Of a DNA stretch of 36,908 nucleotides, positions 23,892 through 33,239 are shown in pieces; the stretch's first letter is position 1; the number at the start of each line of letters is the position of its first letter. Source of the DNA: Caldilineae bacterium (GTDB lineage Bacteria > Chloroflexota > Anaerolineae > DTLA01); assembly GCA_037446815.1 (NCBI GenBank), contig JBBIHX010000012.1:1-36908 (forward strand), given 5' to 3'. The translations under genes were made by a program, and so were the position numbers. The notes beneath the pieces are model-generated. The model was given only the letters and a program-made list of their open reading frames with translations, was not told where the DNA came from and did not search any database.

Positions 23892-25037
23892 ATGAAAACC
23901 GCGAAGTATGTCGGATTGATCGTGCTGGTCGCCATGCTGGCGAGCCTGTTGGCGGGCTGCGGCGGCGGCGGCGCCAAGACCATCAAGATCGCCATCATCG
24001 CCCCCATGACCGGCGACGTGGGCACCTTCGGGGCGTCCACCCGTGATGGCGCAGTCCTCGCCTTTGAGGAGTGGAACGCCAAGGGCGGCGTCCTCGGCAA
24101 GAGGATTGAGTGGGTTGTCGCCGACGGCCGTTGCGACCCCCAGGAAGCCCGCAACGCGGCCAACAAGGTGATTGACCAGGACAAGGTCAAGTTCATCGTG
24201 GGCGAGGTCTGCTCCAGCGCCTCCATCCCCGTCTCCGAGGTCGCCAACGAGAAGAAGGTCCTGCAGATTAGCCCGACGTCCACCAACCCCAAGGTAACGA
24301 CCTTTGCCGACGGGTCCACCAAGCCCTTCACCTTCCGCGCCTGCTTCATTGACCCGTTCCAGGGCACCGTGATGGCCAAGTTCGCCTTGGAGAACCTGAA
24401 GGCCAAGACGGCGGCCGTCCTCCTGGACCAGGGCAACGACTACGTGCGCGGCCTGGCCGAGTACTTCCGCGATGCCTTTGAGAAGGGCGGCGGCAAGGTC
24501 GTCGTCTGGGAGACCTACACCAAGGACGACACCGACTTCTCGGCCATCCTGTCCAAGGTCGCCGATGCTAAGCCCGACTTCCTGTTCCTGCCCGACTACT
24601 ACAACAAGGTGAACCTCATCGCCAAGCAGGCCAAGGAGAAAGGCATCACCGCGGTGATGGGCGGCGGCGATGGCTGGGACTCTGAGGAGTTGGATGTGGC
24701 GGCGGTGGACGGCGGCTTCTTCAGCAACCACTACGACGCCGCGGACCCGCGCCCCATCGTCCAGTCCTGGCTCAAGACCTACGGCGCCCGCTACGGCGGC
24801 AAGGTCCCCGATGCCCTGGCGACCCTTGCCTACGACGCGGCCAACATGCTCGTAACTGCCATCAAGAACGCCAACAGCGACGACCCGGAGAAGGTGCGCG
24901 TCGCGCTGGAGAAACTCACCTTTGAGGGCGTCTCCGGCAAGATCACCCTGGACGCGCAGCACAACCCGATCAAGTCGGCCGTCGTCATCTCCGTCAAGGA
25001 CGGCAAGAAGTCCTACATGGCCACGGTGAACCCGTAG
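23892..25037 (+). CDS. livK: Branched-chain amino acid ABC transporter substrate-binding lipoprotein
   Basis: Lipobox LAGC. IKIAIIAPMTG, NAKGGVLGK, GEVCSSAS, ISPTSTNP, FRACFIDPFQG, AYDA. Confidence 0.9.
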   Translation: MKTAKYVGLIVLVAMLASLLAGCGGGGAKTIKIAIIAPMTGDVGTFGASTRDGAVLAFEEWNAKGGVLGKRIEWVVADGRCDPQEARNAANKVIDQDKVKFIVGEVCSSASIPVSEVANEKKVLQISPTSTNPKVTTFADGSTKPFTFRACFIDPFQGTVMAKFALENLKAKTAAVLLDQGNDYVRGLAEYFRDAFEKGGGKVVVWETYTKDDTDFSAILSKVADAKPDFLFLPDYYNKVNLIAKQAKEKGITAVMGGGDGWDSEELDVAAVDGGFFSNHYDAADPRPIVQSWLKTYGARYGGKVPDALATLAYDAANMLVTAIKNANSDDPEKVRVALEKLTFEGVSGKITLDAQHNPIKSAVVISVKDGKKSYMATVNP

Positions 25038-25054
25038 GCTCGTTCGCACCCTGC

Positions 25055-25085
25055 GCAGGGGGCGGAGCGCTTCCGCCCCCTGCGA
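25055..25085 (+). terminator. Stable intercistronic hairpin after livK (no U tract; probable mRNA stabiliser)
   Basis: CGCAGGGGGCGGAG-CGC-TTCCGCCCCCTGCG. Confidence 0.55.
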
Positions 25086-25149
25086 ACGAGGACCCTATGC
25101 ACATCTTTGGGCCACCAGCACCTCGGAGTCTCTGTTCAGGAGATTTGGC

Positions 25150-26442
25150 ATGAAGCGTACTGTGAGATCATTGGCTCTGTTCCTTGGGGGGATTGCCCTG
25201 GGCCTTGCTGCGGCGGGCCTGTTTTTGCTTCTAAACTCCTCCATCACCCCCCAGGAAATAGAAGCCTGGGACAAAGATGGCATCGTTCCCGGGCTTGTGA
25301 TGCAGGCCGGATCCATCGGGTTTGGCGTCTGGTTCCTCTACCTGGTCGGGCTCATCACGCGCGCTCAGATTCGCAAGCAGGCTGGTGCCGGGTTCGGCAA
25401 GATCGCCCGTTCGGTGGCGGGCAACGCACTCATGATTCTGCTGGGATTGTGGTTCCTGTGGCGGATGCTGATTCAGCACCCCGAAGGCGTGCTCATCAAC
25501 CCGACCCTGTTCGCCCAGTACGTCGTGGATGGGATCCGCCTGGGCTTTGTGTACGCGCTCATCTCGCTGGGCTATACCATGGTGTACGGGATCGTCCGCC
25601 TCATCAACTTCGCCCACGGCGATGTGTTCATGGTCGGCGCCTTCGCCAGTTTCTACGCCATCAAGGCAATGCGCCTGCACCTTCTCCCGGCCAAACTCTT
25701 TCCGTCCCTCTCGCCGTGGGTGGCCATTACCATCGGCACGGTCTTGGTGATCCTGCTCTCCATGGCCGTGTGCGCGCTGCTGGCCGTGGTCATTGAGCGG
25801 GTCGCCTACAAGCCGTTGCGCAACGCGCCGCGCATCGCTGCCCTCATCACCGCCATCGGCGTCTCGTTCTTCCTGGAATACTTCTCGTCGCTGCCCGAGG
25901 TCTTCACCTCCAACTACATTATCTACGAGCAGCCGTTCAAGGTCGTCAGTTGGAAGATCGGGGGCGTGCAGTTTTCCAACGTTACGGTGATCATCATCCT
26001 GGTCTCCATCCTGTTCCTGCTCCTGCTGCGCTGGATTGTGTACAACACCAAGACGGGCAAGGCCATGCGCGCCACATCGTGGGACAAGCCCACCGCGCGC
26101 CTCATGGGCATTGACGTGGACGCCGTCATCACCAAGACCTTCGCCATCGGCGCGGCGCTGGCAGGAGCGGGCGGCGTCCTGTACGCCATCGCCTACCCGC
26201 AACTCATCGTGTTCATGGGCATCATGCCCGGCCTCAAAGCCTTCGTGGCCGCGGTGTTGGGAGGCATCGGCAACCTCAACGGCGCGTTCGTCGGATCCCT
26301 CATCATGGGCCAGGCCGAGATGCTCAGCGCGGGCTATATCCTGACGCCCATGCGCGACGCCATCGCCTTCACCATTCTCATCATCGTGCTCCTGATTCGG
26401 CCCACCGGCATCTTCGGCGAGCCGGAGGGCGAAAAAGCCTAG
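25150..26442 (+). CDS. livH: Branched-chain amino acid ABC permease with N-terminal extension
   Basis: YALISLGYTMVYGIVRLINFAHG, TKTGKAMRA, GLKAFVAAVLGGIG, RPTGIFG. Confidence 0.9.
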   Translation: MKRTVRSLALFLGGIALGLAAAGLFLLLNSSITPQEIEAWDKDGIVPGLVMQAGSIGFGVWFLYLVGLITRAQIRKQAGAGFGKIARSVAGNALMILLGLWFLWRMLIQHPEGVLINPTLFAQYVVDGIRLGFVYALISLGYTMVYGIVRLINFAHGDVFMVGAFASFYAIKAMRLHLLPAKLFPSLSPWVAITIGTVLVILLSMAVCALLAVVIERVAYKPLRNAPRIAALITAIGVSFFLEYFSSLPEVFTSNYIIYEQPFKVVSWKIGGVQFSNVTVIIILVSILFLLLLRWIVYNTKTGKAMRATSWDKPTARLMGIDVDAVITKTFAIGAALAGAGGVLYAIAYPQLIVFMGIMPGLKAFVAAVLGGIGNLNGAFVGSLIMGQAEMLSAGYILTPMRDAIAFTILIIVLLIRPTGIFGEPEGEKA

Positions 26443-26544
26443 GCCCGTGGCTACCCGCCGCGCAAACCCTGCGGCGGGTTGTACAGAGGTCCGTGGATTC
26501 ACGACATCCGTTCTCACCAGAAATCGGCACACCGGAGACAGGTT

Positions 26545-27630
26545 ATGAAGAGAAGGTTTGAGTTTCTAGGAGCGTCTTGGCTCTTCTGGGTCGGCGCGAT
26601 AGTCGTGTATGCGGTGGTGCAGGTGCTGTTCAGCACTAACGTCATCACCGACTACATGAAGACCGTCATCCAACTCGGCTGCGTCATGACCATCGTCAGT
26701 TTGGGCCTGAACCTCATCTACGGGTTCAACGGCCAGTTCTCGCTGGGACAGTGGGGCTTCTACGCCATCGGCGCCTACGCCTCGGCGGACATCACGTACC
26801 GGTACGCCGCGAAGGTCAGCATCCCCCTGGACCTGGGGTTCGCCACCTTTGACGCAGGCAAAATCGCCATCTTCTTGGTGGCCATCGCCTTCGGCGCGCT
26901 GCTGGCCGGGGTTATCGCGTACCTGTTCGGGCTGCCGGTGCTCAAAATGGGCGGCGACTACTTCGGCATCGCCACGCTGGGGTTCACCATCGTGGTCAAG
27001 GTGCTGGCCGACAACACCGACACCATCCTGCCCTTCCCCGAGATGAAAGGCGCGCGCGGCATGGTGGGCATCCCGCGCCTCACCACGTGGTTCTGGTCGT
27101 TCTTCCTGCTGGTGCTGTGCATCATCATCCTGCGCAACATCCTGCACTCCTCCACGGGGCGGGCCATCGTGTCCGTGCGCGAGAACGAGATCGCCGCCAA
27201 GGCCATGGGCATTGACACGGTCAAGTACAAGACCCTGTCCTTCGTCATCGGCGGCATCTACGCGGGGCTGGCCGGGGGCATCTACGCGCACCTGTACGCC
27301 TTCCTGCACCCCAGCCTGTTCCACTTCATCAAGTCTTTTGACCCGATGATCATCGTCGTCTTCGGCGGCCTGGGGTCCATCACGGGCACCATCGTGGCGG
27401 CCTTCGCGTGGGCATTCTCGCTGGAGGGGCTGCGGATCATCTTGCCGTCCGGAGCGGAGGCGTGGCGGTACATCATCTACCCCATCGCGCTGCTCCTCAT
27501 CATGCTGCTCAGGCCGCAGGGCCTGCTGGGCGGCGTGGAATGGGGGTTCCTCAAGCCCATCGTGTGGCCGGCCCGGAAGTTTGACACCGGCGCGCCCACC
27601 GTTGAAACCGCTGGTCAGGAGGCAGTCTGA
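26545..27630 (+). CDS. livM: Branched-chain amino acid ABC permease
   Basis: LGLNLIYGFNGQFSLG, GDYFGIATLGF, GRAIVSVRENEIAA, GGLGSITG, RPQGLLG. Confidence 0.9.
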   Translation: MKRRFEFLGASWLFWVGAIVVYAVVQVLFSTNVITDYMKTVIQLGCVMTIVSLGLNLIYGFNGQFSLGQWGFYAIGAYASADITYRYAAKVSIPLDLGFATFDAGKIAIFLVAIAFGALLAGVIAYLFGLPVLKMGGDYFGIATLGFTIVVKVLADNTDTILPFPEMKGARGMVGIPRLTTWFWSFFLLVLCIIILRNILHSSTGRAIVSVRENEIAAKAMGIDTVKYKTLSFVIGGIYAGLAGGIYAHLYAFLHPSLFHFIKSFDPMIIVVFGGLGSITGTIVAAFAWAFSLEGLRIILPSGAEAWRYIIYPIALLLIMLLRPQGLLGGVEWGFLKPIVWPARKFDTGAPTVETAGQEAV

Positions 27631-28430
27631 TGGGCCCGCTATTGCAGGTAGAACGTTGCACGAAATACTTCGGCGGCCTGCGCGCCGTCTGCAACTTTGA
27701 CATCACCGTCAACCAAGGCCAACTGGCCGGCCTCATCGGCCCCAACGGCGCGGGCAAAACCACCGTGTTCAACATGATTACCGGCCTGTACACGGTAACC
27801 GACGGCGACATCCTGTTTGACGGCAAGAGCATCGTCGGCATGCCCCCGCACGCCATCGCCCAACTGGGCATCTCGCGCACGTTCCAGAACATCCGCCTGT
27901 TCCCCAACCTGTCGGTGCTGGACAACGTGCGCACGGCCTACCACACCCACGCGGGCTACGGCATCCGCGACGCCATCTTCCGCACGCCACACTTCTGGCG
28001 CAAGGAAAGGGAACTCACCGAGCGGGCGCAGGAATTCCTGGCCGTGTTCAACCTGGCCGACCGCCAGGATGAGATCGCCAAGAACCTGCCCTACGGCGAG
28101 CAGCGTCGGCTGGAAATCGCCCGCGCCCTGGCCACCAGCCCGCGACTGCTCCTGCTGGACGAGCCTGCCGCCGGCATGAACCCGAAAGAAGTGGTCAACC
28201 TGATGGACCTGATTCACTTCATCCGCGACAAGTTCTCGCTGACCATCCTGCTCATTGAGCACCAGATGCGCGTGGTGATGGGCATCTGCGAGGAGATCAC
28301 CGTCATGGACTTCGGCGAGGTGATCGCCCGCGGCACGCCCGCCGAAATCCAGAACAACCCGCGCGTCATTGAAGCCTATCTCGGCCGCGGCGCTGCGGCT
28401 CGGCTAGGGGGATTGCGCCATGCTTCTTGA
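27630..28430 (+). CDS. livG: Branched-chain amino acid ABC ATPase
   Basis: GPNGAGKTT, RTFQNIRLF, LPYGEQRRLEIARAL, LLLDEPAAG, IEH. Confidence 0.95.
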   Translation: MGPLLQVERCTKYFGGLRAVCNFDITVNQGQLAGLIGPNGAGKTTVFNMITGLYTVTDGDILFDGKSIVGMPPHAIAQLGISRTFQNIRLFPNLSVLDNVRTAYHTHAGYGIRDAIFRTPHFWRKERELTERAQEFLAVFNLADRQDEIAKNLPYGEQRRLEIARALATSPRLLLLDEPAAGMNPKEVVNLMDLIHFIRDKFSLTILLIEHQMRVVMGICEEITVMDFGEVIARGTPAEIQNNPRVIEAYLGRGAAARLGGLRHAS

Positions 28431-29130
28431 AGTTGAAAACCTCAACGTATACTACGGAGCCATTCACGCCCTCCAAGGCATCTCCTTCCACGTGGAAGAG
28501 GGCGAGATCGTAACCCTCATCGGCGCCAACGGGGCCGGCAAGTCCACCACGCTCAACACCATCTCGGGCATCCTGCGCCCGCGCGAAGGCTCCATCCGCT
28601 TCAAGGGCCAGGAACTCACCCGCATGCGCGCCCACGACATCGTCCGCCTGGGCATTGTCCAGGTCCCCGAGGGCCGCAAAATCTTCGCCACCCTCACCGT
28701 CGCCGAGAACCTGGACATGGGCGCCTACACCCGCACCGATGCGCGCGAAATCGCCCGCAGCCGCGAGCGCGTCTTCGCCTCCTTCCCGCGCCTGAAAGAG
28801 CGCCTCAACCAGTTGGGCGGCACCCTGTCGGGCGGCGAGCAGCAGATGCTGGCCATGGGCCGCGGACTCATGTCGCGCCCCACGCTCCTGCTCCTGGACG
28901 AGCCGTCCATGGGCCTGGCGCCCATCCTGGTGGAGGAAATCTTCTCCATTATCCAGGAGATCAACTCCCAGGGCACCAGCATCCTCCTCGTGGAGCAGAA
29001 CGCCAATATGGCCCTGTCCATCGCCCACCGAGGCTACGTGCTGGAGACGGGCAAGATCGTGCTGGAGGGCACTGCGCAGGAACTGCGAGATAACCCGCAG
29101 GTCAAGAAGGCGTACCTAGGCGAAGCCTAG
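28420..29130 (+). CDS. livF: Branched-chain amino acid ABC ATPase
   Basis: GANGAGKST, VPEGRKIF, LSGGEQQMLA, LLDEPSMGLAP, VEQN. Confidence 0.95.
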   Translation: MLLEVENLNVYYGAIHALQGISFHVEEGEIVTLIGANGAGKSTTLNTISGILRPREGSIRFKGQELTRMRAHDIVRLGIVQVPEGRKIFATLTVAENLDMGAYTRTDAREIARSRERVFASFPRLKERLNQLGGTLSGGEQQMLAMGRGLMSRPTLLLLDEPSMGLAPILVEEIFSIIQEINSQGTSILLVEQNANMALSIAHRGYVLETGKIVLEGTAQELRDNPQVKKAYLGEA

Positions 29131-29151
29131 TTTCACCGGAACCCGAAACCC

Positions 29152-29179
29152 AAGCCCCGGTGAAACGCCGGGGCTTTTT
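29152..29179 (+). terminator. Intrinsic terminator of the liv operon
   Basis: AAGCCCCGG-TGAAACG-CCGGGGCTTTTT. Confidence 0.85.
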
Positions 29180-29192
29180 CGTGGAGCGAGGC

Positions 29193-30089
29193 ATGGCAGC
29201 ACCGATTGCGCTAACCGAACACACCTACCTGCTCCCGTCCGGCTCCAACAGCGGCCTCATCGTCGCCGATGGCAAGGCCATCATCGTGGACGCCGGACTG
29301 GACGCCGATACGGCCCGCCGCGTCGCGAAGGCCGTCGCCGACCTGCGCGCGCAGCCCGTGGCGCTCCTGCTCACCCATGCCCACGCCGACCACTTCGGCG
29401 GCGCCGCGGCCATCGCCGAGCGATTCGGCATCCCGGTCTACGCCCCCGCGCTGGAAGCCGCCGTCGTGGAGAACCCGTACTTGGAGCCGCAGTTCCTGTT
29501 CTCGGGCGCGGCCCCCGTGCCCGAACTCCTGGGCAAGTTCACGTTGGCCACGCCCTGCCGCGTCAGCGCCCTGGTGGAACCCGGCCCGCTGGAGGTGGGT
29601 GGCGTCTCCGTGGAGGTCGTGGCGTTACCCGGCCACGCGCCGAATCAGGTGGGCTACGCCTTCGGCGAGACGCTGTTCTGCGGCGACGTGTTCTTCCCGA
29701 GCGAGACCCTGGCCAAGCACCCGATACCGTTCTGCGCCGACGTGGGCCGCGCCCTGGATACGTTACAGCGCCTGCCGGGCATGCCCTACGGCCAGTTTGC
29801 CCCTGGGCACGGGCCTGCGCTGACCGACCCTGCCGCCGAGTGCCGCGCCAACGCCGACCGCCTCCTCGCCATCGCCGACATCATCCTGCGGGCGTGCGCC
29901 GTGCCCATGTCCACCAGCGACCTGGTGAAGGCGGTCATGGACGCCCTCGGCGCAACGCTGAACCAGATCGCGCAATACTGCCTGGCCCAGACCACCGTCC
30001 TGGCCTGCGCCGCCTGGCTTCGGGCCGCGGGCCGGCTGGACGTCGTTTTCGCCGACAACCGAATGCTGTGGGCGCGATCCACGGCGTAG
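29193..30089 (+). CDS. Metallo-beta-lactamase-fold hydrolase
   Basis: IVDAG, THAHADHFGG (HxHxDH), PGHAP, FCGD, PGHG. Confidence 0.9.
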   Translation: MAAPIALTEHTYLLPSGSNSGLIVADGKAIIVDAGLDADTARRVAKAVADLRAQPVALLLTHAHADHFGGAAAIAERFGIPVYAPALEAAVVENPYLEPQFLFSGAAPVPELLGKFTLATPCRVSALVEPGPLEVGGVSVEVVALPGHAPNQVGYAFGETLFCGDVFFPSETLAKHPIPFCADVGRALDTLQRLPGMPYGQFAPGHGPALTDPAAECRANADRLLAIADIILRACAVPMSTSDLVKAVMDALGATLNQIAQYCLAQTTVLACAAWLRAAGRLDVVFADNRMLWARSTA

Positions 30090-30120
30090 AGATGAATGCA
30101 AGAATGATAGAAGGCGCGAT

Positions 30121-30155
30121 AACGTGCGACGCACCTCGGAGGTGCGTCGCACGTT
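30121..30155. repeat. 35-bp near-perfect palindrome, second copy of 15218-15251
   Basis: AACGTGCGACGCACCTC-G-GAGGTGCGTCGCACGTT. Confidence 0.9.
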
Positions 30156-30299
30156 GGGCAGCCCCTATTCGCGTGGACGCGTGTTACTCGCGGATGCGGT
30201 CCCGTCGGAATGATCAGCGTTCGGCGCGGCATCACGGAGCAACGGGATTGCCGCGGCGGTAGAGACCGGCAGACCTTGGAACCCGTAGCAATCGCTCGG

Positions 30300-30420
30300 A
30301 CTCGGTTCCAAAGTCTGTTGGTAACCGTCATTCTGAGCGGCGAAGCCGCGAAGAATCTCGCCCTTCACCCCAGCCCTCTCCCGAAGGGCGAGGGCGTATC
30401 GCCTTCGGCTCAGCATGACA
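30300..30420. repeat. REP-like composite repeat
   Basis: CTCGGTTCCAAAGTCTGTTGGTAACCGTCATTCTGAGCGGCGAAGCCGCGAAGAATCTC ... TCGCCTTCGGCTCAGCATGACA. Confidence 0.8.
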
Positions 30421-30485
30421 GAGCGGGGAGGCGGCGTGCGGGGCAGACCAACACAAGATGAAACCGTATCCGTTCGCGCGGTTGC

Positions 30486-30513
30486 TTGACAATCGTGAAG
30501 ACTGTGGTATACT
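30486..30513 (+). promoter_or_regulatory. sigma70 promoter of the hybrid ABC operon
   Basis: TTGACA-N16-TATACT with extended TG. Confidence 0.7.
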
Positions 30514-30791
30514 TGGCGTGCGTCCCGGACGCGCCGGCTGGCCCGATCCGGCACCCACGATGAATTCTATCGGGCACAGGCTCCGACGGCGCAGTCTCCT
30601 CGTCGCAACGATGCGGCATTCACCGATGTTGCCGATTCGCGGGAATCGGAATCCAGATTCAGGACTCTGTGTCTGGGACACGACGGTTGCTCTGGTTTCT
30701 CTGTCGTGAGAGGAGGTGATGCCCAAAGGTTACCCTGGCTTTCCGAGGAAACCGGTTACCCCATTCAGTATCGTAGAGGAGGAGAGACAGC

Positions 30792-33164
30792 ATGTTAGGG
30801 AAACACAAGTGGCTAACCGTGCTTCTTGTCGTTGTGACGGTCGTAACCATGCTCGGAGCCTGCGGCGCCAAGCCTACGCCCACGGCGCCCCCGCCGTATC
30901 AGGCCAAGCCCACACCGACGCCCGAGCCGACGACCCCACCGGAACCGACCAAGGCTCCCCTGAAGATCACCGTGGCGACGGATGCCACCTGGCCCCCGTT
31001 TGAGATGGTGGATGAGACAACCAAGGAGTTCGTCGGGTTTGACATTGACCTGATGAAAGCCATCGCCGCCGAAGCGGGGTTTGAGGTGGAATTCGTCAAC
31101 GTGGCGTGGGACTCGCTGTTGGCGGGCATGGCCACCGGCCAGTACGACGCCGCCATCTCGGCCATGACCATCACCGAGGAGCGCAAGCAGCAGTTTGACT
31201 TCTCGGAGCCGTACTACAACGCCGGCCAACTCATCGCCGTCCGCGCCGATGACACCCGCATCAACGGCCCGGCCGACTTGGCGGGCAAGGTCGCGGGCGC
31301 CCAACTCGGTACCACCGGCGCCATGGAGATTGAGAAAATCCAGGGTGCCACCCTCAAGAACTACGACACCGTGGACCTGGCCTTCCTGGACCTCATCAAC
31401 GGCCAGATTGACGCCGTGGTGGCCGACAACCCGCTGGTAACCGGCTATGTGGCCAAGTACGCCGGCAAGATCAAGGCCGTCGGCAAGCCGTTCACCGATG
31501 AGTTCTACGGCATCGCCGTGCGGAAGGGCGCTCCGGAAATCCTGGAGGCCATCAACAAGGGCCTCAAGGCGGTCATGGACAAGGGGATCATCGCCGAACT
31601 GGAGAAGAAGTGGCTTGCGGCCGCTCCAGCCGCGGAAGTTCCCCCGCCCGATCCGACCAAGAACAGCCTTGTCCGCTACATTGAGAAGGTGGACGACTAC
31701 ACGGTCAAGATCTACCTGAACCGGCCGGACGTCGCCTTCACCCAGAAACTGGCGTTCAACGCCTTCTCGTTCCTCAGCCCGGAGGTCATCAAGAAGTTCA
31801 ACGGCGGCGGAGACCTGTTCAAGAACCCCGTCGGCACCGGCCCGTTCATGCTCAAGGAATGGGTCCCGGATGACCACATCACGCTGGCAGCGAACCCCAA
31901 CTACTGGGGCGGCGCGCCCAAACTCAAGAACCTGGTCTTCCGCGTCGTGAAGGAAGCGCCTGCCCGGCTGTTGGAACTCCAGGCCGGCACCGTGGACGGG
32001 CTGGACAACCTGGCCCCGGACGACTTCCCGACCGCCCAGGCCGACCCGAACCTGCAGGTCTTCCCGCGTCCCCCGTTCAACATCGGCTACCTGGGCATCA
32101 ACCGCGCGCACGAGCCGTTTGACAAAGTGGAAGTGCGCCAGGCCATCGCCCACGCCATCAACAAAGAGGCCATCGTGAAGGCGCTGTACCCGCCCACGGC
32201 CATGGCGGCCAGCCAGTTCGTCCCGCCGCCGGTCTTCGGCCACTCCAAAGACCTGAAGGACTACCCGTATGACCCAGACAAGGCGAAGGAACTGTTGGCG
32301 AAGGCAGGCTTCCCCAACGGCTTCAAGACCACGCTGTGGGTCATGCCCGTGTCCCGCGGCTACTACCCCACGCCGGCCAAGGTGGGTGAGGCGATCCAGG
32401 CCGACCTGAAGAAAGTCGGCATTGAGACCGAGATCGTAACCTACGACTGGGGCGTGTACCTGGACAAGGTAGCCGCCGGCGAGGCCGACCTGTTCATGCT
32501 GGGCTGGATGGCCGACTACGCCGACGCCACCAACTTCCTGGACGTCTTCTTCGGCAAGGGTGCGGACCAGTCCTTCGGCCCCACCTTCCCGGAGATCGTA
32601 GAGATTCTGGACAAGGGCGCCAGCACCATGGATCCCGCCGAGCGCCAGAAGATCTACGACCAGGCCAACCAACTCATCCACGACCTCGTGCCGGCGGTGC
32701 CGGTGGTGCACAACAGCAGCGGCCTCGTCTTTAGCAAGGCCGTCAAGGGCGTGCTCCCCAGCCCGCTGTCGCTGGAAGACTACTCCACCGCCGAGGTGGC
32801 CGGCAAGGACACGCTCATCTTCGCCCGCAGCGGCGACTCGGTGGGCCTGGACCCGGCCGATGAGACCGATGGCGAGTCCTTCATGGTCTGCCAGCAGATC
32901 CTGGAAGGCTTGCTCGGCTTCAAGCCCGGCACCGTGGAAGTTATCCCCGTCCTGGCCGAGAAGTACGAAGTCTCTGCGGACGGTCTGGAGTGGACCTTCC
33001 ACCTGCGCAAGGGCGTGAAGTTCACCGACGGCACCGACTTCAACGCCGATGCGGTGATCTTCAACTTTGAGCGCTGGTGGGACAAGGCCAATCCGTACCA
33101 TGTCGGCCATACGGGCGACTTCTTCTACTGGTCCTACTTCTTCGGCGGCTTCAAGGGAGAGTAG
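30792..33164 (+). CDS. Fused substrate-binding lipoprotein: family 3 (polar amino acid) domain + circularly permuted family 5 (DppA-like) domain
   Basis: Lipobox LGAC and PT linker. VATDATWPPFE, GFDIDL, TITEERK, DFSEPY (SBP3). Then VDDYTV, PVGTGPF, VRQAIAHAINK, YDPDKAKELL, and finally TLIFARSGD...LDPA...WTFHLRKGVKFTDG..FNADAVIFNFER (SBP5). Confidence 0.9.
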   Translation: MLGKHKWLTVLLVVVTVVTMLGACGAKPTPTAPPPYQAKPTPTPEPTTPPEPTKAPLKITVATDATWPPFEMVDETTKEFVGFDIDLMKAIAAEAGFEVEFVNVAWDSLLAGMATGQYDAAISAMTITEERKQQFDFSEPYYNAGQLIAVRADDTRINGPADLAGKVAGAQLGTTGAMEIEKIQGATLKNYDTVDLAFLDLINGQIDAVVADNPLVTGYVAKYAGKIKAVGKPFTDEFYGIAVRKGAPEILEAINKGLKAVMDKGIIAELEKKWLAAAPAAEVPPPDPTKNSLVRYIEKVDDYTVKIYLNRPDVAFTQKLAFNAFSFLSPEVIKKFNGGGDLFKNPVGTGPFMLKEWVPDDHITLAANPNYWGGAPKLKNLVFRVVKEAPARLLELQAGTVDGLDNLAPDDFPTAQADPNLQVFPRPPFNIGYLGINRAHEPFDKVEVRQAIAHAINKEAIVKALYPPTAMAASQFVPPPVFGHSKDLKDYPYDPDKAKELLAKAGFPNGFKTTLWVMPVSRGYYPTPAKVGEAIQADLKKVGIETEIVTYDWGVYLDKVAAGEADLFMLGWMADYADATNFLDVFFGKGADQSFGPTFPEIVEILDKGASTMDPAERQKIYDQANQLIHDLVPAVPVVHNSSGLVFSKAVKGVLPSPLSLEDYSTAEVAGKDTLIFARSGDSVGLDPADETDGESFMVCQQILEGLLGFKPGTVEVIPVLAEKYEVSADGLEWTFHLRKGVKFTDGTDFNADAVIFNFERWWDKANPYHVGHTGDFFYWSYFFGGFKGE

Positions 33165-33184
33165 GCCCAATACGTAACTCTGGA

Positions 33185-33219
33185 CAGACCTCCGAGGTCC
33201 CCCGTGCCTCGGAGGTCTG
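33185..33219. repeat. Hairpin with ACCTC(C/G)GAGGT core after the SBP gene
   Basis: CAGACCTCCGAGG-N9-CCTCGGAGGTCTG; same core as the 15219 and 30121 palindromes. Confidence 0.65.
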
Positions 33220-33239
33220 GTCCCCTGATGGAGGCGAGG

